64,000 bases of DNA. Origin: Escherichia coli 042. GTDB taxonomy: Bacteria > Pseudomonadota > Gammaproteobacteria > Enterobacterales > Enterobacteriaceae. A program made the position numbers and the translations under genes. Shown in pieces: positions 56,465-64,000 of the stretch (position 1 is its first letter; each line of letters begins with the position of its first letter). The notes beneath the pieces were generated by a model. That model ran no database searches. It was not told where the DNA came from and worked only from the letters and a program-made list of their open reading frames with translations. The DNA lies in assembly GCF_000027125.1 (NCBI RefSeq), contig NC_017626.1. One strand, written 5' to 3'.

Positions 56465-59400
56465 TTATTTCACTGCAAACACACTTTCCAGTTTGCTGTA
56501 GCCCAGTCCATTGATCTTCTTCACTTTGATCTGCACCGGAATACGCTCTTTCATCGCTTCAACGTGGCTAATCACACCGATGGTTTTGCCGCTGGCATTC
56601 AGGGCATCCAGCGCATCAAGGGCGGTATCCAGCGTTTCACTATCCAGTGTGCCAAAACCTTCATCAAGGAACAGCGAGTCAATACGCGTTTTATGGCTGA
56701 CCAGATCCGAAAGCGCCAGCGCCAGCGCCAGACTGACGAGGAAACTTTCGCCGCCAGAAAGGGTACGGGTGTCGCGTACCGCATCTGCCTGCCAGGTATC
56801 AACAACCTCGACTTCCAGCGCCTCGCTGGCTTTGCGCTGTAACAGATAGCGCCCGTGCAGCCGGGTAAGTTGCTGATTAGCGAGATGGACTAAATTATCC
56901 AGCGTCAGCCCCTGGGCAAACTTGCGGAATTTATCGCCCTCTTTGGAACCTATTAGCGAATTCAGATATCCCCAGTCCTCAACCTGCTGCGTCATTTGAG
57001 CAATTTGCTGCAGTAAGGTTTGTTGTTGCTGACGGTTATCTGCATCCTGCTTCAGCTGCTGGCGAATCTCGCCCTGACTGGTGGTGTTTTCACGCAACTT
57101 TTGCTGAGTTTGCGCTAACTCTTGCTGAATCTGCTCCACCGTTACAGTGAGAGCCAACCCGCCAGGTCGGTGTTGCTGATGCTGTGTCAGCGTTTCTGCT
57201 GTCTGAATGGCCAACGCTTGCGCCTGACGACGCTGGTTTTCCAGATTCTGTTTCAGCTGTTCCAGCTGCGTTAGCGTCTGCTCATCCATTAACGCCGCAA
57301 GAAATGCCTGCTGATCGTCAAAAATGCTGTCCTGTAGCGCGGTGTCAAACTGCGCCTGGGCTTTTTGCAGACTTTGCGCTGCCAGAGCCTCCTGTTGCTG
57401 CAACGTTTGCTGCTGGCTTTGCAACGCGAGGCATTGTTCGTGAACTTGCCGCCAGTTTTCCAGCGCTACAGTTTCTTCGCTGTGCGGGAGTTCATCACTT
57501 TGCGGCAACGTTTCCAGAATCGGCGTCAGTTGCTGAATACGGTTTTGCAGCGCGGTTAATTCGTTCTGGCGATGCTGCCAGCTCTGCGCTTCTTGCTGAC
57601 GCGTCGCCAACCAGCTCTCTTCTTCATCTTCCTGTGGCAATGTCAGCGCATAACCCGCCAATGCCGTTAAGAGCTGCTGCTGGCGTTGTTCAATTTGCTG
57701 TTGATACTGGATAATTTGCTGATTATGCGCGGCAATCTGCCCTTGTAATTCATGCCGTTGGCTGAGTAACCGCAGCTGGCGTTCGTGCTCATCTTGTGCA
57801 TCCAGCCACGGTTGAATATCGTCCTGTGGCTGCAAGGTGATATTGAGGCTGGCCGTGACGGCTTGCCATTGTTGAGTAAGTGCTTGCTCATCTTGTCGGA
57901 GGCTTTGCGCTTCGTTTTCATCACGCTGAAGTTGCTTTGTTAAGGCGTCCAGTTGCCCACGTAGCGTCGCACCTTCTTCACCGAGCTTTTTAACTTCGTT
58001 TTCCAGCGCCAGTAATCGAGACTGATTAACGCCAGGCTCCAGCGCCTGATACGCCTCGACCGCCGGGTGGCTGGTGGAACCACAAAGTGGACAAGGCTGA
58101 CCCGCCTGTAACTGTGCACGTTGAGCTTCCAGCGTTTTGATGCGCGCTTCCTGCTCGCAAATGGTTTTCACATCGGCAAGTTGCTGCGTCTTTTCTTTAT
58201 AACGCTGGCGCATTTCGTTAAGTGCGGCGTTACGTTGCGTCTGTTCTTGCGTGACATTCTGGATAGTGACCTGTAATTGCGCCAGGCGTTTTTGTTGGGG
58301 AACAATCTGTCCATGCAGCGCGACCAGGCGCTGACGCAGTGGGCGTTGCTCAGCATGTTGCGCCAGGGCGCTAGCAACTTCATCGGCGGTTAACGTCAAC
58401 GTGATCGCCGCAAGCGCATTAAGTTTTTGCTCTGCATGGGTTAACTGTTGCTGCCATTGCCGCAGATGCTCGCGATCGCTGGTTTGTTGGGAGAACTGCG
58501 CACGCCAACCCGCCAGTTCGTTGTTCCACTGACGGAAGCGGTCGTGTTCCTGTAACCAGGTATTCAGGCTTTGTTGCTGCTGCTGTAATTCTGCTGACTG
58601 CTTCGCCGCGTGGTGGCGAATGCTCGCGCGAAGCGCCATTGTGCTCTGTAAGCGAGTATTTACTTCTTCAATCTGCTGGCGAGTATGCGCCAGCGCCGCG
58701 CTGTGTTCTGCGATGCGTTCCCAGTGCGGACGAAGATTTCGTGCCGGTTGTGCCAGACTGAGCGCCGCCAGTTGAGGTTGCGCTTTTTCTTCTTCGGCTA
58801 ACGCCTGTTGCAAGGCCTGTTGACGGCGGCTGGCTTCTTGCTGCAATTCGTCCAGACGCGTTAACCAGTTTAGTGATTGTTGTTCTTGCTGCTGCGCGGT
58901 AAGTAACTGTTTTTCTTCGTCAGTAAGTACCTGCAAACTCGCTGTCAGCGATTGCACTTGTTCTGGCGTGAGCAACGCGACGCCGCTGGCCTGCGCTTGC
59001 AGCTTCTCCAGCTCTGTGCGGGCCGATTTGTGCTGCTCAAAAACCATCGCCGAGATTTGCCCGTAGATTTCAGTGCCGGTTAACTCCTCGAGCAATTCCG
59101 CGCGTTCTTTGGGTTTGGCATTCAGGAAGGCAGCAAATTGCCCCTGCGAAAGCAGCATCGAACGGGTGAAGCGCCCGTAATCCAGTCCGGTTAACGTCGC
59201 CGTCAGTTCCAGCTTATCTTTCACTTTGTCGGCGAGAATTTTGCCATCGGCACAGCGCGCCAGCTCAACGCGTGGCACCTGCAAATTACCGTCCGGCTGG
59301 TTACGCGCCCGATTCTGGCTCCAGAATGCACGGTACGCTTCACCTTTGACTTCAAACTCCACTTCCGCCAGACATTCGGCGGTATCGCGGGTCATGAGAT

Positions 59401-59608
59401 CATTTTGCGATTGTGAAACGTTAGAAAGGCGCGGAGTTTCGTGATACAGCGCCAGACAAATGGCGTCCAGCAGGGTGGTTTTCCCCGCACCGGTTGGGCC
59501 GGTAATGGCAAACAGCCCGTTGCTGGCGAACGGCTCGCGGGTGAAATCAATCTTCCATTCGCCTTTTAATGAGTTCAGGTTTTTCAGGCGCAGGCTGAGA
59601 ATTTTCAT
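56465..59608 (-). CDS. sbcC: SbcCD nuclease ATPase subunit SbcC (SMC-like)
   Basis: 1047 aa; Walker [10 protein letters not shown] at the N-terminus, long Q/L-rich coiled coil, CPLCGS zinc hook, C-terminal signature LSGGESF and Walker B. Confidence 0.95.
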   Translation of the reverse strand: MKILSLRLKNLNSLKGEWKIDFTREPFASNGLFAITGPTGAGKTTLLDAICLALYHETPRLSNVSQSQNDLMTRDTAECLAEVEFEVKGEAYRAFWSQNRARNQPDGNLQVPRVELARCADGKILADKVKDKLELTATLTGLDYGRFTRSMLLSQGQFAAFLNAKPKERAELLEELTGTEIYGQISAMVFEQHKSARTELEKLQAQASGVALLTPEQVQSLTASLQVLTDEEKQLLTAQQQEQQSLNWLTRLDELQQEASRRQQALQQALAEEEKAQPQLAALSLAQPARNLRPHWERIAEHSAALAHTRQQIEEVNTRLQSTMALRASIRHHAAKQSAELQQQQQSLNTWLQEHDRFRQWNNELAGWRAQFSQQTSDREHLRQWQQQLTHAEQKLNALAAITLTLTADEVASALAQHAEQRPLRQRLVALHGQIVPQQKRLAQLQVTIQNVTQEQTQRNAALNEMRQRYKEKTQQLADVKTICEQEARIKTLEAQRAQLQAGQPCPLCGSTSHPAVEAYQALEPGVNQSRLLALENEVKKLGEEGATLRGQLDALTKQLQRDENEAQSLRQDEQALTQQWQAVTASLNITLQPQDDIQPWLDAQDEHERQLRLLSQRHELQGQIAAHNQQIIQYQQQIEQRQQQLLTALAGYALTLPQEDEEESWLATRQQEAQSWQHRQNELTALQNRIQQLTPILETLPQSDELPHSEETVALENWRQVHEQCLALQSQQQTLQQQEALAAQSLQKAQAQFDTALQDSIFDDQQAFLAALMDEQTLTQLEQLKQNLENQRRQAQALAIQTAETLTQHQQHRPGGLALTVTVEQIQQELAQTQQKLRENTTSQGEIRQQLKQDADNRQQQQTLLQQIAQMTQQVEDWGYLNSLIGSKEGDKFRKFAQGLTLDNLVHLANQQLTRLHGRYLLQRKASEALEVEVVDTWQADAVRDTRTLSGGESFLVSLALALALSDLVSHKTRIDSLFLDEGFGTLDSETLDTALDALDALNASGKTIGVISHVEAMKERIPVQIKVKKINGLGYSKLESVFAVK

Positions 59609-60807
59609 GCTTCGTGTTCTCCGGCGAGGGTATGCAACGTCGTGGTGAAAAGATGCTGCAGACGTTGCTGCTGCGATTCATCCAGTTCTTCCAGTGCCAG
59701 ACGGCGATTGAACACCTCTTCGACGCTGAGTTCGCTGAGGGTTTCACGCTGTTGGCTGGCTAACACTCGCTCGCGCTGTTCACGACTCCGGCGTACCAGC
59801 AATACTTCGACAGGCAATGATTCGGTTAATGCTTGGATTTTGCGCTGAATATCATGCAGATACTCATCAGTAGTGATTTCGATATCCAGCCAGACAGGTG
59901 GCTCCTGTGATACATCGCGCCACTGTTCCAGCTGTTCGGTAATCGACGCCAGATCGCCTTTCAGCACCGCCATGGGTTGCGTTACCGGTACGTTCAGGTT
60001 TTCCACGCTCTCTAATTTGCCGTTTGAAAATGTCACCAGATGGACATATTTACTCTTACCGCATTCATCAAAACTCAGTGGTATGGGGGAACCGCAATAG
60101 CGAACATGTTCCATGCCGCCAATAATCTGCGCGCGGTGAATATGCCCGAGCGCGATGTAGTCGGCTGGTGGAAAGTTTTGTGCCGGAAACGCGTCCAGCG
60201 TGCCAATATAAATGTCACGCACGGCGTCACTTTTACTGGCACCCACGGTCGTTAAATGTCCCGTGGCGATGATGGGCAGAGGCTGATCGCCGCGCAGTTT
60301 GCAGGCATCGGCATAATGTTGTTGATAATAATCAGTAATAGCCGCCAGCAAATGCTGCTGTTTTTCAATACCGTTAAGCCCCGCCTGGCTGGTAATAATG
60401 TCACGCGGACGTAAAAACGGAATAGGGCACAGCACTGCGCCTGGCGTCCCGTCGCGACGAGGCAAGATTTGCGGCGCATGTCCGGCGCTGGCGACCACGG
60501 TCGTATTGAGGAACGCCATGATATCGCGCGATTCATTCAGCGTGGCGACCGAGTCATGGTTTCCTGCCAGTACCACCAGATGACAGCCAGTTTGCTGTAA
60601 ATTGACAACAAAACGGTTGTATAACGTGCGGGCGTAACTGGGGGGCGAGCCGGTATCGAAAACATCACCGGCAACAATAATCGCATCCACCTGATGGGTT
60701 TGTGCTGTCTCCAGCAGCCAGTCAAGAAAAGCCTGATGTTCAGCTTCGCGGCTTTTACTGTAGAAGTTCTGGCCGAGATGCCAGTCTGAGGTGTGAAGGA
60801 TGCGCAT
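59605..60807 (-). CDS. sbcD: SbcCD nuclease subunit SbcD (Mre11-like phosphoesterase)
   Basis: Translation [24 protein letters not shown]...GNHD; 4-bp overlap with sbcC. Confidence 0.94.
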   Translation of the reverse strand: MRILHTSDWHLGQNFYSKSREAEHQAFLDWLLETAQTHQVDAIIVAGDVFDTGSPPSYARTLYNRFVVNLQQTGCHLVVLAGNHDSVATLNESRDIMAFLNTTVVASAGHAPQILPRRDGTPGAVLCPIPFLRPRDIITSQAGLNGIEKQQHLLAAITDYYQQHYADACKLRGDQPLPIIATGHLTTVGASKSDAVRDIYIGTLDAFPAQNFPPADYIALGHIHRAQIIGGMEHVRYCGSPIPLSFDECGKSKYVHLVTFSNGKLESVENLNVPVTQPMAVLKGDLASITEQLEQWRDVSQEPPVWLDIEITTDEYLHDIQRKIQALTESLPVEVLLVRRSREQRERVLASQQRETLSELSVEEVFNRRLALEELDESQQQRLQHLFTTTLHTLAGEHEA

Positions 60808-60915
60808 AACGGTTCCCTGGCGAAAAAGCATGGGCGCGATTATACCCAAACAGATGTGCCATTTGCTTTTTTCTGCGCCACGGAAATCAATAACCTGAAG
60901 ATATGTGCGACGAGC

Positions 60916-60943
60916 TTTTCATAAATCTGTCATAAATCTGACG
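60916..60943 (+). promoter_or_regulatory. Pho box of the phoBR promoter
   Basis: ttttcataaatctgtcataaatctgacg, tandem CTGTCATA-type repeats upstream of phoB. Confidence 0.9.
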
Positions 60944-60996
60944 CATAATGACGTCGCATTAATGATCGCAACCTATTTATTACAACAGGGCAAATC

Positions 60997-61686
60997 ATGG
61001 CGAGACGTATTCTGGTCGTAGAAGATGAAGCACCAATTCGCGAAATGGTCTGCTTCGTGCTCGAACAAAATGGCTTTCAGCCGGTCGAAGCGGAAGATTA
61101 TGACAGTGCTGTGAATCAACTGAATGAACCCTGGCCGGATTTAATTCTCCTTGACTGGATGTTACCTGGCGGCTCCGGTATCCAGTTCATCAAACACCTC
61201 AAGCGCGAGTCGATGACCCGGGATATTCCAGTGGTGATGTTGACCGCCAGAGGGGAAGAAGAAGATCGCGTGCGCGGCCTTGAAACCGGTGCGGATGACT
61301 ATATCACCAAGCCGTTTTCGCCGAAGGAGCTGGTGGCGCGAATCAAAGCGGTAATGCGCCGTATTTCGCCAATGGCGGTGGAAGAGGTGATCGAGATGCA
61401 GGGGCTAAGTCTCGACCCGACATCCCACCGGGTGATGGCGGGCGAAGAGCCGCTGGAGATGGGGCCGACAGAATTTAAACTGCTGCACTTTTTTATGACG
61501 CATCCTGAGCGCGTGTACAGCCGCGAGCAGCTGTTAAACCACGTCTGGGGAACCAACGTGTATGTGGAAGACCGCACGGTCGATGTCCACATTCGTCGCC
61601 TGCGTAAAGCACTGGAGCCCGGTGGGCATGACCGCATGGTGCAGACCGTGCGCGGTACAGGATATCGTTTTTCAACCCGCTTTTAA
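60997..61686 (+). CDS. phoB: Phosphate regulon response regulator
   Basis: 229-aa OmpR-family regulator [27 protein letters not shown]. Confidence 0.96.
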
Positions 61687-61743
61687 CGCCTTGCTCATCG
61701 GACGCAGAGCAGGGCTTATGATTTCTTAACTGGAGTATCTTAC

Positions 61744-63039
61744 GTGCTGGAACGGCTGTCGTGGAAAAGGCTGGTGCTGGAGCTGCTACTTTGCTGCCTC
61801 CCGGCTTTCATCCTGGGTGTATTTTTTGGTTACCTGCCCTGGTTTTTGCTGGCATCGGTAACAGGACTGCTTATCTGGCATTTCTGGAATTTATTGCGCC
61901 TTTCATGGTGGCTGTGGGTGGATCGCAGTATGACCCCGCCACCGGGGCGTGGTAGCTGGGAACCGCTGCTATACGGATTACACCAGATGCAGCTGCGAAA
62001 TAAAAAACGCCGCCGCGAACTGGGCAATCTGATTAAACGCTTTCGTAGCGGCGCGGAGTCGCTGCCCGACGCGGTGGTGCTGACCACGGAAGAGGGCGGT
62101 ATTTTCTGGTGTAACGGTCTGGCGCAACAAATTCTTGGTTTGCGCTGGCCGGAAGATAACGGGCAGAACATCCTTAACCTGCTGCGTTATCCGGAGTTTA
62201 CGCAATATCTGAAAACGCGTGATTTTTCTCGCCCGCTCAATCTGGTGCTCAACACCGGGCGGCATCTGGAAATTCGCGTCATGCCTTATACCCACAAACA
62301 GTTGCTGATGGTGGCGCGTGATGTGACGCAAATGCATCAACTGGAAGGGGCGCGGCGTAACTTTTTTGCCAACGTGAGCCATGAGTTACGTACGCCATTG
62401 ACCGTGTTACAGGGTTACCTGGAGATGATGGATGAGCAACCGCTGGAAGGCGCGGTACGTGAAAAAGCGTTGCACACCATGCGCGAGCAGACCCAGCGGA
62501 TGGAAGGGCTGGTGAAGCAATTGCTGACGCTGTCGAAAATAGAAGCCGCACCGACGCATTTGCTCAATGAAAAGGTTGATGTGCCAATGATGCTGCGCGT
62601 TGTTGAGCGCGAGGCTCAGACTCTGAGTCAGAAAAAACAGACATTTACCTTTGAGATAGATAACGGCCTCAAGGTGTCTGGCAACGAAGATCAGCTACGC
62701 AGTGCGATTTCGAACCTGGTCTATAACGCCGTGAATCATACGCCGGAAGGCACGCATATCACCGTACGCTGGCAGCGAGTGCCGCACGGTGCCGAATTTA
62801 GCGTTGAAGATAACGGACCGGGCATTGCACCAGAGCATATTCCGCGCCTGACCGAGCGTTTTTATCGCGTTGATAAAGCGCGTTCCCGGCAAACCGGCGG
62901 TAGCGGATTAGGGTTAGCGATCGTGAAACATGCGGTGAATCATCACGAAAGTCGCCTGAATATTGAGAGTACAGTAGGAAAAGGAACACGTTTCAGTTTT
63001 GTTATCCCGGAACGTTTAATTGCCAAAAACAGCGATTAA
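61744..63039 (+). CDS. phoR: Phosphate regulon sensor histidine kinase
   Basis: 431 aa; N-terminal TM helices, H-box SHELRTPLT, HATPase G-boxes. Confidence 0.95.
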   Translation: MLERLSWKRLVLELLLCCLPAFILGVFFGYLPWFLLASVTGLLIWHFWNLLRLSWWLWVDRSMTPPPGRGSWEPLLYGLHQMQLRNKKRRRELGNLIKRFRSGAESLPDAVVLTTEEGGIFWCNGLAQQILGLRWPEDNGQNILNLLRYPEFTQYLKTRDFSRPLNLVLNTGRHLEIRVMPYTHKQLLMVARDVTQMHQLEGARRNFFANVSHELRTPLTVLQGYLEMMDEQPLEGAVREKALHTMREQTQRMEGLVKQLLTLSKIEAAPTHLLNEKVDVPMMLRVVEREAQTLSQKKQTFTFEIDNGLKVSGNEDQLRSAISNLVYNAVNHTPEGTHITVRWQRVPHGAEFSVEDNGPGIAPEHIPRLTERFYRVDKARSRQTGGSGLGLAIVKHAVNHHESRLNIESTVGKGTRFSFVIPERLIAKNSD

Positions 63040-63066
63040 TCCGCCTTTGTCATCTTTTATTGCCAT

Positions 63067-63094
63067 AAGCCAGCCGATGCTGGCTTATTTTCTT
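63067..63094 (+). terminator. Candidate rho-independent terminator after phoR
   Basis: aagccagc cgat gctggctt followed by attttcttt. Confidence 0.7.
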
Positions 63095-63445
63095 TGCAGT
63101 CAAAATACGGGCGTTAGATTTTACAACGGTTGGCGATTTTTTGTTCGCATGATTAGCCATGTCTTTTTCACGGAAATAGTGTTTTATACTAGTTGGCGAT
63201 TTCTTATCGCTATATACCTCTGGTTTTTAGATCCCTCCTTGCTTTAAAACGTTATAAGCGTTTAAATTGCGCTTCAGGTGCTGTCATACTGACTGCATTA
63301 ACGCGGTAAATCGAAAAACTATTCTTCGCCGCGCCTGGTTGGGAGTATTTCCCGCTAAAATTGTTTAAATATACCGCTGTATCATCCCCAGGGATTGGCA
63401 CAAAAATTTAACGTTACAACACCACATCCACAGGCAGTATGATTT

Positions 63446-64000
63446 ATGACCCATCAATTAAGATCGCGCGATATCATCGCTCTGGGCTTTATGACATTTG
63501 CGTTGTTCGTCGGCGCAGGTAACATTATTTTCCCTCCAATGGTCGGCTTACAGGCAGGCGAACACGTCTGGACTGCGGCATTCGGCTTCCTCATTACTGC
63601 CGTTGGCCTGCCGGTATTAACGGTAGTGGCGCTGGCAAAAGTTGGCGGCGGTGTTGACAGCCTCAGCACGCCAATCGGTAAAGTCGCTGGCGTGCTGCTG
63701 GCAACGGTTTGTTACCTGGCGGTGGGGCCGCTTTTCGCTACGCCGCGTACAGCTACCGTTTCTTTTGAAGTGGGCATTGCGCCGCTGACGGGTGATTCCG
63801 CACTGCCGCTGTTTATCTACAGCCTGGTCTATTTCGCTATCGTTATTCTGGTTTCGCTCTATCCGGGCAAGCTGCTGGATACCGTGGGCAACTTCCTTGC
63901 GCCGCTGAAAATTATCGCGCTGGTCATCCTGTCTGTTGCCGCGATTGTCTGGCCGGCGGGTTCTATCAGCACGGCGACTGAGGCTTATCAAAACGCTGCG
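63446..64000 (+). CDS. brnQ: Branched-chain amino acid transporter BrnQ, N-terminal part (3' end lies outside the window)
   Basis: Own translation from the ATG at 63446: [34 protein letters not shown]..., open to the window end. Confidence 0.88.
   Translation, partial: MTHQLRSRDIIALGFMTFALFVGAGNIIFPPMVGLQAGEHVWTAAFGFLITAVGLPVLTVVALAKVGGGVDSLSTPIGKVAGVLLATVCYLAVGPLFATPRTATVSFEVGIAPLTGDSALPLFIYSLVYFAIVILVSLYPGKLLDTVGNFLAPLKIIALVILSVAAIVWPAGSISTATEAYQNAA

Noticed and set aside
63020-63247. 75-aa ORF spanning the phoR stop and terminator
   Set aside because: Uses a non-ATG start, overlaps the phoR 3' end and terminator hairpin, and has no ribosome-binding site; likely not coding.

Overview
This window reads as ordinary Escherichia coli core chromosome, colinear with the K-12 prpE to brnQ segment, and I did not find a clearly novel system in it. 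Gene order is prpE(3' end)-codBA-cynR-cynTSX-lacAYZ-lacI-mhpR-mhpABCDFE-mhpT-yaiL-frmBAR-yaiO-yaiX-yaiP-yaiS-tauABCD-hemB-yaiT-yaiV-ampH-sbmA-yaiW-yaiY-yaiZ-ddlA-iraP-phoA-psiF-dgcC-proC-yaiI-aroL-yaiA-aroM-ppnP-ykiA-rdgC-mak-araJ-sbcCD-phoBR-brnQ(5' end). Gene identities come from recognising the translated ORFs and operon order from memory; no database search was run. The sequence is not identical to K-12 as I remember it: lacZ and the lac control region carry substitutions, and no transposase, integrase, phage or CRISPR signal is present, so the IS2 (in yaiX) and IS3 (in yaiT) insertions of K-12 are absent. Most intergenic structure is explained by REP/BIME palindromic repeats, including a roughly 5 x 94 bp tandem array after prpE. 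The best candidate for an under-described system is the intact, tightly packed, AT-rich minus-strand cluster yaiS-yaiP-yaiX-yaiO (deacetylase, membrane glycosyltransferase, hexapeptide acyltransferase, outer-membrane barrel), whose logic resembles a small exopolysaccharide synthesis and export module; this is inference only. The intact yaiT autotransporter with its neighbouring regulator yaiV is the second item worth a look.
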